A DNA stretch of 61,121 nt from a virus (taxonomy: Duplodnaviria; Caudoviricetes): the IMG/VR virus record IMGVR_UViG_3300025848_000042, positions 1 through 61,121 of that record; one strand, given 5' to 3'. Below are positions 35,229-45,207 of the stretch, one piece after another. The notes below the pieces were generated by a model that did not search any database, was not told where the DNA came from, and saw nothing but the letters and a program-made list of their open reading frames with translations. The position numbers and the translations under genes are program-made. The first letter of the stretch is position 1, and each line of letters begins with the position of its first letter.

Positions 35229-36215
35229 ATGTTAAACGAAGGAAACAAGCGTGACGAATACCTAGAAAAGAAAGGTGAAAGCACTAAAACCACTGCGATG
35301 AGAAAGTCCAGTGAAAGAAGAGGGCGTTTTAGTTCTGGTGACACTCATCAAAGCGCAAAAAGAGAAAATATCACCTGGACAAGACCTGGAACAAGAGGTT
35401 ATGATGATTCATTAAATCGTCAGAGAAAAAGTGCTCATCGTTCAGGAAGAGGCAGAACAAAACCTCAGGCAGGTACATCATCAGAACAAAGAAGGACCGA
35501 TGCAATTTGGCAAAGTAGATTTCCAGAGGATCGTCCAAAAGGGAAATATGAAATACTTCAAGATAAAAAACAAAAAGGTCAACCAACTGGTATTGAAGCA
35601 CAAAAACAAGGAATAATAAGAAAAGGTGAAAGAAGAAGAGAACTTCGCACTCAGGCAGTGAATGCAATTCGCAGAGCAGTTGGTGGTGGATATGTGAATG
35701 AAACAAAGACCTTTGAAGAGTTTATGGTCGAAGCACATATGATTATGGAAAGACCCTATCAAATCTATGGACCTGATCCTCATGGACCTAGTGATTCTGA
35801 ACCACAACCACTTGGTAAACCTTATAAAAACAAAAAGAGAGCAAAGACAAGAGCAGATAAGTTAGATCAGGAAATCGGTGGTTATCGCCATTTTGTTCGT
35901 AAAGTGGATGAAGAATTTAAAGACCTAACGCCAGAAAAGGAAGAAAGAGTTATGAATAGAGTCGGTGAACTCGCAAGAGATCTTCAAGTTCAATCCGGAA
36001 GAATGAAACAATTAAATAAAAAACCATTTGGTAAGTACAGACCCAAAGTAAAGAAAGAAAAAGAGGCAATTATAAAATCTGCAAAAAAGAAACAAAATTT
36101 GGTTCAAAATGCTTCTGATGCATTGATTCGAACCGGTGTGAGTCGTCAAGCAAAAATAGTGAAAAGAATTCATGATATCAATCAAAAATTAAGAGATCTT
36201 GGGGAAGAACCATGA
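35229..36215 (+). CDS. Very basic, probable internal head (poly)protein
   Basis: K/R-rich with an internal TKTFEEFMVEA motif; late promoter. Confidence 0.55.
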   Translation: MLNEGNKRDEYLEKKGESTKTTAMRKSSERRGRFSSGDTHQSAKRENITWTRPGTRGYDDSLNRQRKSAHRSGRGRTKPQAGTSSEQRRTDAIWQSRFPEDRPKGKYEILQDKKQKGQPTGIEAQKQGIIRKGERRRELRTQAVNAIRRAVGGGYVNETKTFEEFMVEAHMIMERPYQIYGPDPHGPSDSEPQPLGKPYKNKKRAKTRADKLDQEIGGYRHFVRKVDEEFKDLTPEKEERVMNRVGELARDLQVQSGRMKQLNKKPFGKYRPKVKKEKEAIIKSAKKKQNLVQNASDALIRTGVSRQAKIVKRIHDINQKLRDLGEEP

Positions 36216-36838
36216 AAACATTTTCAGCGTTCATTACAGAAGCAAATCGCAGAGCGCAAAGAGCATCCAAAGCAGGAAGAAAACCCAAGGAAGGTGAAAA
36301 ATCAACATCCACCGAAAAACCATCTGCAGTTGTAACAGTTGGTCTTCCTGGTTCTGGAAAGTCAACCATCGCCAAACACATGGTATCGAAGGGTAATACT
36401 GATCAACATGAATTAGATAAATCAAGGCAGGCACTTGGAAAAGGTCCTGCCTATTTTGGTTCTGATATTGTTCAACATACTTATTCGGGTGCAAAGAAGA
36501 GTGCGGCGCAGGGTAAAAACACTGTTCTTTCTAATACATCAATTCCAAGACAACATCGCCAGGATGCCATTAATAAACTTAAGGACTCTGGATATGATAA
36601 GGTGACTCCAGTTCTGTCACCAGGGTCAACAAAAGCGGCGATGAGACGCAATCGTAAAAGAACCGGATCCAAACCAGGTGAGGGTGCTGTTCCTCAATTT
36701 GTGATGAATCGTATGGCGCAGGGTATGCAACAAATGAGTCGTGATGAAAGAAGAGAGTTGAGATCAAATTATAAGAAACTTCATAAAAAAGAACGATTCA
36801 CTAAACCTGCAATGAGAAGATCTGGAGCAATTCGATGA
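36212..36838 (+). CDS. P-loop kinase (polynucleotide-kinase/AAA_33-like) with capsid-targeting-like N-terminus
   Basis: MKTFSAFITEA, Walker A GLPGSGKS, lid RRNRKR, VP..V..RM. Confidence 0.75.
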   Translation: MKTFSAFITEANRRAQRASKAGRKPKEGEKSTSTEKPSAVVTVGLPGSGKSTIAKHMVSKGNTDQHELDKSRQALGKGPAYFGSDIVQHTYSGAKKSAAQGKNTVLSNTSIPRQHRQDAINKLKDSGYDKVTPVLSPGSTKAAMRRNRKRTGSKPGEGAVPQFVMNRMAQGMQQMSRDERRELRSNYKKLHKKERFTKPAMRRSGAIR

Positions 36839-37872
36839 AAACATTCTCAGAGTTTATTGAAGAAAGTTCAACTCCAGAAAGAGGGAGAAGAAGATTATCA
36901 TCACGCGGACCTAAGAAAGATAGTTATCAAAGAGGAAAAGACAGAGAAGAGACTTCGAATAAAATAGCGGTCAAAAAAGCAGGATTTAAAACCAAATCAC
37001 AAGATGGTCCACATGGTTCTTCTGACCATTATCATAGTAGTTCTAGGCATCATTCCACAAATATCGCATCTCATAAAACTCAGGCAGATTATGCACTTAG
37101 CACAGTAGATAGAAAATACGATAGATTTTCTTCTAGCAGAAGAGTTGAACCAACATCATCCAGAGTTTCTGGATTAAAAAAAATTCGTAGATTATTAAAA
37201 ACAACAAGAACTGCTAAACCAGTGCATGATATTTCAATTCACTCTGATGAGAGTGGTATTTCTAAAAATGATAGCAAAAGATTGATTTCAAGAGGAAAAA
37301 GTTTTAAGAAAGAAAGAAGAGGAGTTTCTGATGCTCTTAAGAATGCTGGTGCAAAAACAGGTGATTTTGCGGTAGGTGAACCTTATGGATCAATGCCACA
37401 TGAAAATCCAGAAAAAGGTAAAAAAGTAAGAGCAAAATTATATGGTAAAGATTATGGTGTAAATCTTGATAAAAGAACTGGTAAAATGGTTGGTAGAGTA
37501 GGCACTTTTGAAGAGTTTATGGTAGAATCACAACAAGTTCTGAATAAAATCTCCAGAAATTACGGAAAAAGATATCGTGGTGTGAATGTGAATATCACTC
37601 ATGATCCAAAGACAGATAGTATTCGAGTCAATCAACTTTTTGTTCCACCAGAACTTCGAGGACAAGGAATTGGAACCAGAGTGATGAAGGGTCTTGGTAA
37701 GTATGCTGATAAAATAAATAATCGAATTACATTGACACAAGATCCTGATAAGGGAAAGAAAGCAAAATTAACAAAGTTTTATAAGTCTCATGGATTTGAA
37801 CCAAATAAGGGTAAAAAAAGAGACTTTACCACCAGAGACACTCATATTCGTCAACCCAAGAAAGACACCTGA
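36835..37872 (+). CDS. Basic protein with C-terminal GNAT acetyltransferase domain
   Basis: MKTFSEFIEE, internal GTFEEFMVE, acetyl-CoA motif VPPELRGQGIGT and FYKSHGF. Confidence 0.75.
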   Translation: MKTFSEFIEESSTPERGRRRLSSRGPKKDSYQRGKDREETSNKIAVKKAGFKTKSQDGPHGSSDHYHSSSRHHSTNIASHKTQADYALSTVDRKYDRFSSSRRVEPTSSRVSGLKKIRRLLKTTRTAKPVHDISIHSDESGISKNDSKRLISRGKSFKKERRGVSDALKNAGAKTGDFAVGEPYGSMPHENPEKGKKVRAKLYGKDYGVNLDKRTGKMVGRVGTFEEFMVESQQVLNKISRNYGKRYRGVNVNITHDPKTDSIRVNQLFVPPELRGQGIGTRVMKGLGKYADKINNRITLTQDPDKGKKAKLTKFYKSHGFEPNKGKKRDFTTRDTHIRQPKKDT

Positions 37873-38403
37873 AGAACTGTCACAACACCCCTCCTCCTGC
37901 CCCTACAACACCCTTATAATATGGAGGTAGTCAAGCACACCTCTCATGATCACCGACACCACCACAGACGCTCAGATCCGTCGTACAATTCAAAAAACCA
38001 TTGAAACCGAGATGCCTCTGCGTCTTCTGAAGCGTATTGTGTATGAAGTACGCTGTGAAGAACTTGGTATTCTGCCCGATTCCTGGAAACTGTACTCTGA
38101 GGAGAACTGAAAAGAGTATGAAGGCATGGTTCAAACATCAAATTGCACAAAAAAACAAATGACTGACAAAGAAAAACTTTTTGCTCTCACTGAGATCATG
38201 GGTGATGTGATACATACTCTGGAAATGAAACAGTATGACATTGAAAATCCTCACCTATCTTATGAATGTGTGATTGAGGCAGATAAGTTTCATCAACGAA
38301 TGCTAGACATTCTTCACTCTGAGGACAGTTGAGGCACTGGCACAAGAGAACCCACAAAGTTCCTGAAAGTGCCCTATAATACTCTCATACACAAACAACT
38401 ACC

Positions 38404-38772
38404 ATGAACGAAGAACTCCAAAAACAACTTGCTCAGGTCATTAGTTCTATTGTGACTTCTGTTGGAGAAGTCAAAGACTTTTCAGTTTCTCAACTTCCTG
38501 ACATTGCTCAACAGTACATCAATTATGGTATTGTGAGCAGTGCCGTTTGGGTTGTGCTATGTACCATTATTGCAGCAGTTTCCATTAAGGTTCTGTTTTT
38601 TTCATTCAAAAAATTGAATGAACCTTATGACAATGGTGCGTACATTGCAGTCGCAATTTTTTCATTCTTTGTTTCCACTATCTTCTTCTTAGTCAACCTT
38701 CACGACCTTATTCTGGTCCTAACTGCACCTAAGGTTTGGTTTATTCTGAAAATCAAAGAACTTCTTGCTTGA
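38404..38772 (+). CDS. Membrane protein with two predicted TM segments
   Basis: Two long hydrophobic stretches. Confidence 0.65.
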   Translation: MNEELQKQLAQVISSIVTSVGEVKDFSVSQLPDIAQQYINYGIVSSAVWVVLCTIIAAVSIKVLFFSFKKLNEPYDNGAYIAVAIFSFFVSTIFFLVNLHDLILVLTAPKVWFILKIKELLA

Positions 38773-38776
38773 AACT

Positions 38777-39184
38777 ATGACTTACACACCCGAACAAATC
38801 CCTCAAATTGCCCTCAAAGAACTTAAAGAAATTGAAGAACCAAACATTATGGACCTATCTCCAATAGAAAAACGTGATTTAGCAAAGAGCACATCTTCAG
38901 CAAATATTCTAAGGTCTCTGGCGACTGATGAGGATTTTTGGGTTCGATACTGGGTCACATATAACTCCAACACTCCAGAAGATGTTATAAGAACTCTAGC
39001 AAAAGAAGAACTCAAAAAAACACTTGCTAAGGAAATCGAAGAAGATGCAATTAGATATCCTTTCAGTCATGGTTACAAACCAGAACCATACAAAACACTG
39101 GAACTCACTAAGATACAATACGATGCGATTAAGCAATTGATTGACTCTTGCAAAAACTCTGACCTTCTGAACATTAACCTTTGA
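38777..39184 (+). CDS. Protein with a leucine-rich-variant/HEAT-like repeat
   Basis: LRSLATDEDFWVRYWVTYNSNTPEDVIRTLA. Confidence 0.55.
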   Translation: MTYTPEQIPQIALKELKEIEEPNIMDLSPIEKRDLAKSTSSANILRSLATDEDFWVRYWVTYNSNTPEDVIRTLAKEELKKTLAKEIEEDAIRYPFSHGYKPEPYKTLELTKIQYDAIKQLIDSCKNSDLLNINL

Positions 39185-39616
39185 TGACTACCAAATCTCA
39201 ACTCCAGTCTAAAATCGAAGAACTTGAGAACGAACTCAAAATGAACAAAATCACTGCATCAGAAGCAAAACAAGTTTCAATTCAAATGAGGAAAGAACTA
39301 GAAGTCAAGTTCTTCTCAAATCAACTGAGTCTTGTGTATGACAAAATCAATCAGAGTAGTCATGAAGGTTATCTACGTTGTGAGTATTCTATTCCCAGTG
39401 GAAATGTAAACACTGAGGGTGTTCTTGTCAAAATTGAATCTATTTTAAAGGATGATGGATTTATCGTCAGTCATAGGGATTCCACATCTCATCATCATGA
39501 CTATGTGCTTTCTATTAGTTGGTCAGAAGACACTTAAAGAACTGACATAAGACCCCTTGCGGTCCAATGGCATCTGTGACATACTACTTACATACATGCA
39601 TGAGGTACCTCATCAA

Positions 39617-39967
39617 ATGTCTCTTGATTTTTACTTGACTATTAAAGTTGATACTGGAGCACCTGAACTTCATACAGTTGAATTGTATTCTGGGAATATT
39701 ACTCATAATCTGAATACAATGGCAGAATCGGCAGGAATCTACAAGTGCCTTTGGCGCCCTAATGAACTTTGGGATAATCCAACCGCCGACAAACTTATTC
39801 CACATCTTGAGGCAGGACTTCTAAAACTGAAATCCAATCCAGAATATTTCAAGCAGTTCAATGCTTCTAATGGTTGGGGGACTTATGATGACTTTGTACC
39901 TTTTGTGGAGGAAGTATTGAATGCTTGTAAGGAACATCCAAAAGCAAGTGTTGATACTTGGATTTGA
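39617..39967 (+). CDS. Hypothetical phage protein
   Basis: NITHNL..MA..AG and NGWGTY motifs; follows an early module. Confidence 0.7.
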   Translation: MSLDFYLTIKVDTGAPELHTVELYSGNITHNLNTMAESAGIYKCLWRPNELWDNPTADKLIPHLEAGLLKLKSNPEYFKQFNASNGWGTYDDFVPFVEEVLNACKEHPKASVDTWI

Positions 39968-40030
39968 TTGACTGACACACTGAGACCTCTTCTACTCTAT
40001 TGTACCTTTAAACATTAACAACAAACTCTT

Positions 40031-40429
40031 ATGACACAAACCATTTACGTTCTGACTGAAGGTAGTTACTCTGATTATCATATCATTGGAGTTTATTCCA
40101 CTGAAAAACTTGCAAAAGAAGCAAAAGAATTCGCATATCCTTATGCCAATGTTGAAGAATACGCATTGAATCAAATTCCAGACCATCCTCCAGGTATGAA
40201 AGCATGGTATGTAAGGTTTTGCAATGGGACACTTAACTCCGCTATTCAAGCATCAAGTAATTATTTTGATGTACGAGAAAATGAATATATTCAAGAAGTA
40301 TCAAAATATAATCCAGAGAGAAAGGTATTTTTTGATGTCTATTGCTGGGCAGTAGATAAAGAACACGCAGAAAAGATTGCGCTGGATAAGTATTATCAAC
40401 ATCAAGCACAAAAGTCAGGTATTGCCTAA
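40031..40429 (+). CDS. Hypothetical protein
   Basis: Clean ORF (YVLTEGSYSDYHIIGVYST). Confidence 0.7.
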   Translation: MTQTIYVLTEGSYSDYHIIGVYSTEKLAKEAKEFAYPYANVEEYALNQIPDHPPGMKAWYVRFCNGTLNSAIQASSNYFDVRENEYIQEVSKYNPERKVFFDVYCWAVDKEHAEKIALDKYYQHQAQKSGIA

Positions 40430-40690
40430 GGTACCTGTGACACCCTAAGAACTGGCACACCAAGTCCCCACAGACCCCACCTGACCCCTTATCATAGTCC
40501 TATACGCAAACAACTCTTATGAACCAAGAAGATTATCTCAACTCTCTAAAAACTTGGGTCAAATACTCTCCTTGGGAATGGGTGAGTGATTATTGCGATG
40601 AACAAGGTCGTTGTTGGTTTGAAATTATGGAAGAGTGGAAACTCATCAAACCTCAAGATGCATACAACACTGTTACTTGTCTTCCTTATT

Positions 40691-41257
40691 CTATGAAGAA
40701 GAATTCTGTATCTGAAACATAATCTTCTTCAGACCAAATCTATTCACATACTCATCTAGAGATTCATTCAAAATCTTATGAAAGAACTCATAAGTATCAC
40801 CTACAGGAATGTTCTTCTCTAATGCAGAAAGATGAACTAATTTAATATAATCACTCATCTCTTTACTTAAAACCAATCGGTCAGTATCCAGTTCAATCGT
40901 ACCATTGATTTCTCTTTTTCTACCAATCCACTCAAGATTAGATAAGGCATTATTGGATACATCACCATCCTTATGTCTTACTTTTTTTGAGTTGGTATGA
41001 TTGGGAGTAAATGACTCACATACTAATCTATGGACATAATAAGACCTATGCTTACCCTTACCGTTTGATAATTGAACAACTTTATAGGATGGTCGATGCT
41101 TACAGTTTGACCAGTATTGTTTTAGTTTTTTTATTTTTTTGTATTTGTTTGAATAGACTTCACCTTCACTTGTGACATAATAAAATTTGTAATCTTCCAT
41201 TCCTGGTAGTTTGCAAATCTCTTTGGTGAGGACTTTCATTCTATTGGTGTTTCTCAT
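40691..41257 (-). CDS. HNH homing endonuclease; the only credible minus-strand gene
   Basis: YYVTSEGEVYS, YVHRLV..SF, VRHKDGDVSNNALSNLEW. Confidence 0.85.
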   Translation of the reverse strand: MRNTNRMKVLTKEICKLPGMEDYKFYYVTSEGEVYSNKYKKIKKLKQYWSNCKHRPSYKVVQLSNGKGKHRSYYVHRLVCESFTPNHTNSKKVRHKDGDVSNNALSNLEWIGRKREINGTIELDTDRLVLSKEMSDYIKLVHLSALEKNIPVGDTYEFFHKILNESLDEYVNRFGLKKIMFQIQNSSS

Positions 41258-41355
41258 AGAAAGTATGTATGAGATTTTTTACCAAAGTTTTGTGTTCAAA
41301 TCCACATTAATTTATGTTAATATGATATAACGATTGTGTTATGTTGTTCTAAACT

Positions 41356-41400
41356 TTATGGAATACCATTAGAACCTTATGGAATACCATTAGAACCTTA
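41356..41400. repeat. 21-bp tandem duplication
   Basis: TTATGGAATACCATTAGAACC occurs twice. Confidence 0.9.
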
Positions 41401-41638
41401 TTAAATGTGTCTGGAACTTCTTTGAGTCTTATGAAATGTGTTGGGGTCTTGTGAGTTTTGCCTGCGACTCATAAGACTCACACCCCTCACAGGACACTTC
41501 GAGAACCGGCACAAGACTCCAACATCACTATATAACCATATAACACTATCGTTATACAAAAAATCTCGACGGACCCCCTTGCGCTTTCGTCGAGATTATG
41601 CTACGATACCTATGTCCCTTCAGGAATCTCGACGAGTT

Positions 41639-41791
41639 ATGTACGACGACTACGATTTCGACTATTCTTATAGCAACGACTCTAATCTCGACGAGGACAC
41701 ATATGCCGATCATGGCACATCAGATCTCGACGAAGATTATGCACGAGACACACAAGACTACGAAGGTCTTGCATATCGCCACTACGCATGA
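41639..41791 (+). CDS. 50-aa highly acidic protein
   Basis: MYDDYDFDYSYSNDSNLDEDTY... Confidence 0.6.
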   Translation: MYDDYDFDYSYSNDSNLDEDTYADHGTSDLDEDYARDTQDYEGLAYRHYA

Positions 41792-42094
41792 GGATTATGA
41801 CAATCGCACAAAAACGAGTAGTTCAGGTCACACTAGACATCGAGTGTTATGATGACCTTGACATTGAGAATATGGACTGGAAAGAACTTCTAGAACTTGA
41901 AGGTGACGAGAAGATTATCTCTACAACAATTAAAGACCTAGACCCATTCCTCTATTGACCCATAAGACCCCTCTACGTCTCATAAGGTGTCTACCCCTAT
42001 GCCAGTTCATAAGGCGGCACACAGAGGCACACAGAGGGGTCTCAGAGTCTTAAGGTATTTGGAGTCAAATATTTGTTTCTTATAAATAATAACA

Positions 42095-42300
42095 AGAAGA
42101 ACATTTGAATTATAAGTTTTTGAGTCTTCGCACAATACCTTCCCAGAAGCATCGACAGGCGGTTCACCCGATGAGTATAAGACTTCGCCAGTGGATTAAA
42201 GGCATTCCCTGCATCTAAGACTCGAAGAGTATAAGACAAATTGAATTCTTAAACCAAACTCAAACTTAATAAAAAGCAGGACGATTCCTGACAGATTTTT
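42095..42300 (+). ncRNA. Putative structured late RNA
   Basis: TATAAATA at 42081 with no + strand ORF after it; four nested stems across 42119-42226. Confidence 0.45.
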
Positions 42301-42429
42301 TATGTTAAAAATTTGTCACTTAGGAGTCATATTTTAGTGTTTATGTGACAGTGGATGAAGTGGCACATAAGGTATTGCAGAAGACCCTGAGACCCTGTTA
42401 CATTACATTCGTACCTGAGACACCACCTC

Positions 42430-42690
42430 ATGACCACTGCATCCAAATCTCTTCGCATTGCGGATTCAATTTCCAGCGAACCCTATGCTTTTCCTGGTGG
42501 GTATCCTCGGTTCGCTATTCTTTCTGATGGAGAGTGTCTCTGTCATAAGTGTTGTGAAACTGAACGCAAATGGATTGGTACGACGACTGGTTCCGATGGA
42601 TGGACCGTTGTATCTGATGCCATCAACTGGGAAGATTCAGACCTCTACTGTGGGCATTGTGGTGCTCAAATTGAATCTGCCTATGCTTGA
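42430..42690 (+). CDS. Small zinc-finger-like protein
   Basis: AFPGGYP, CHKC and CGHCG. Confidence 0.65.
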   Translation: MTTASKSLRIADSISSEPYAFPGGYPRFAILSDGECLCHKCCETERKWIGTTTGSDGWTVVSDAINWEDSDLYCGHCGAQIESAYA

Positions 42691-43207
42691 GACACCCTAA
42701 GAACCGTCACAAGGGGTCTTGATTCCGCTCAAGACTCCTGCCATACTACCTTTGTTCCTGAGACACCACCTCAAATGCTCATTACTGGTGATGACATGAT
42801 TCATTTCATTAGATACGTTCATGATTTCTATGGACCCAATGGAATCTATGATATGAATGTCACAAAGGACATGATTATGAATGCAACCATGAAGTATCTG
42901 ACTACATCAGGTACTAGATTTAATGGTGATAGTTATGACCGTGAGATGGTACGTGATATTATGATTGAAACCTATAATCTGGTAGCAGTCTAAGAACTAA
43001 TCCAACAAATCTTTATCATTTTCTTCAATCATCATGAGCATCTACACTGACAATGGTTACGCAAACCGCGAAGAGTATCTGAATGAACTCCGTGAAGAGT
43101 ATGGTGCTGATCTGGTCAACACCCTGATCACGGTTCTGCCTGCAAGTGAGGACTTTGACGGTCTTATCACTTCGCTGGAAGATGCAATGGACGGTTTCTA
43201 AATAATA

Positions 43208-43261
43208 GTGCTTATGTGTCGCAACTAAAGCAACATTGAGGGGCAAAAATGCCCCTCTTTT
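43208..43261 (+). ncRNA. Putative ~54 nt RNA antisense to the leader of the downstream endonuclease gene
   Basis: Follows TCTAAATA (43197-43204) and ends at terminator GAGGGGCA-AAAA-TGCCCCTC-TTTT. 43212-43223 is the exact complement of 43276-43287. Confidence 0.55.
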
Positions 43262-43296
43262 AGCATAAATAACTATGCGACACATAAAGTAGAACT

Positions 43297-43917
43297 ATGG
43301 TAAATCCTAATAGGTATTATACTTACGCATATTTGCGGGAAGATAGAACTCCTTATTACATTGGTAAAGGATCAGGAAAACGATTATTTTATAAGTATGG
43401 AAAAAATTGCAAACCACCAAAAGATAGAAGTAGAATAATTAAACTCAAACAAAATTTAACTGAAGCAGAAGCATTTAAGCACGAGAAATATATGATTGCA
43501 GTTTTTGGTAAAAAATATGATGGAACTGGTATTTTGATGAACATTTCTGATGGTGGTAATGCTCCACCTATTATTTGTGGAAACAATCATCATATGAAAA
43601 CTGAAGAATATAAAAAAAGAGTCAGTGAAAAACTTACTGGAAGAAAAGGACATCCTGCTTGGAATAAAGGTATTTCCATTAAAGAAGAAATGAGACAAAA
43701 AATTACAGGAGAAGGTAATGGTGTTGCTCAGTGGTGGAAACTTACATTCTTTGATGGTAGAGAACTTATAATGTGTGGATTATCTAATTGGTGTAAAGAA
43801 AATGGATATGATAAATCAAAAATTTCTGAGGTATATTATAAAAAAAATGGAAGAACTAAACATAAGGACATTGTGACAGTTGAGAAACTGGCACACCCAC
43901 CAAACCATACCATTTGA
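43297..43917 (+). CDS. GIY-YIG-like homing endonuclease with NUMOD3-like motif
   Basis: YYTYAY...PYYIGKG, L.N..DGG, PAWNKG. Late promoter CATAAATA at 43264-43271. Confidence 0.8.
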   Translation: MVNPNRYYTYAYLREDRTPYYIGKGSGKRLFYKYGKNCKPPKDRSRIIKLKQNLTEAEAFKHEKYMIAVFGKKYDGTGILMNISDGGNAPPIICGNNHHMKTEEYKKRVSEKLTGRKGHPAWNKGISIKEEMRQKITGEGNGVAQWWKLTFFDGRELIMCGLSNWCKENGYDKSKISEVYYKKNGRTKHKDIVTVEKLAHPPNHTI

Positions 43918-43957
43918 ATCCCTGTTACATTGCATTTGTTGATTTGAGGAACCTCCC

Positions 43958-44422
43958 ATCGGTACTCGTTCACGCATCGGCATCGAAATGCCTGACCACA
44001 CCATTGTTTCAGTGTATTGCCACTGGGATGGTTATGTTGAGCACAATGGTAAGATTCTGGTGGAGCACTATCAGAACCGTGAAGATGTACAAGAACTGAT
44101 TGATGGTGGCAGTATGTCATCACTTCGTACAACTCATCTATGGGAAACTGCAGCAGTTCGGGATGAGAATGGTGAAATTGTTCGGGATGAGAATGATAAC
44201 TGGTTGTATTCTCCAACTCGTGATCCTCAACCACTCTATCATTCCGAACGGGGTGAGGTGAATGAACCTTATCACACCAGTTTTGATGAGTTTGTTTCTG
44301 GCGATTGTGGAGAGGAGTTTGCTTATCTGTACGATCTGAATGGTAACTGGAAAGCATGGAAAATCGGTTGGGGTGAAACTAACACTCAAAGTGTTGAGAT
44401 TCCTGGGTATGTGACAGCATAA
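43958..44422 (+). CDS. Hypothetical phage protein, probable ATC start (MGTRSRIG...YCHWDGY)
   Basis: GAGGA lies 7 nt before in-frame ATC. The first ATG is at 43988. Confidence 0.6.
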   Translation: MGTRSRIGIEMPDHTIVSVYCHWDGYVEHNGKILVEHYQNREDVQELIDGGSMSSLRTTHLWETAAVRDENGEIVRDENDNWLYSPTRDPQPLYHSERGEVNEPYHTSFDEFVSGDCGEEFAYLYDLNGNWKAWKIGWGETNTQSVEIPGYVTA

Positions 44423-45207
44423 GAACTGTCACAGGGGCATCTAGGATCGCCTGGAATGCCCCTATACTATGAGAGTCAACCAACCCACCTAATCACATGG
44501 AAGACACCTTCTGGGCGGAAATACAGGATGCTCCTGGCGAGATTTGGGATCTCGACATTCCAGAACTTCGTGAAGACGAAGATGAGCAGACCTGGAATGA
44601 TTTTGTCAACAGCAATGTGACACTCTGATGACATACAAAGAACTTCTGTCTCACATTCAGAATCTCACTGAAGAACAACTGAATCGTGAGGTGATTCTCT
44701 ATAACTTTGAGGAGGATCTTCTTCTTGATAATGAAGTGACTGCACTTCGTTCGGCACAGTGTGATGTTCCTGGGTTGATCTCCAAGGATACACCTTATCT
44801 GGTGATGTGACACTCTGACAACTGGCACATCAGGGGTTGCAGAGTCCTGTGACCCCATGCCATACTACCTTTGTTCCTGAGACATCACCTCATGTCCCTC
44901 CTGTTCGATAAGTACAACCTGTTCAATCAGACTTCCGAGCATGATTGGAAGATGAGTGAATGTGCTGAATGGGTAAAGCACTACAACAACTTTCTGTCTT
45001 GGACTGCAATTACAACTGAGGAACAACGTTCTTTCTTTGAGGAAGAACTCCAAGAATACCTTTGTTATGATGTTTGATGTGACACTCTGACAACTGGCAC
45101 AAGTCACTTGACTTCTCCTCACTGACCACTTAAACTCTTAACAGTTCACTTGGAATGGCAGCGCCTTAAAGACTCTTAATCAACTTACGTTTCTCTAGAA
45201 TCTCATT

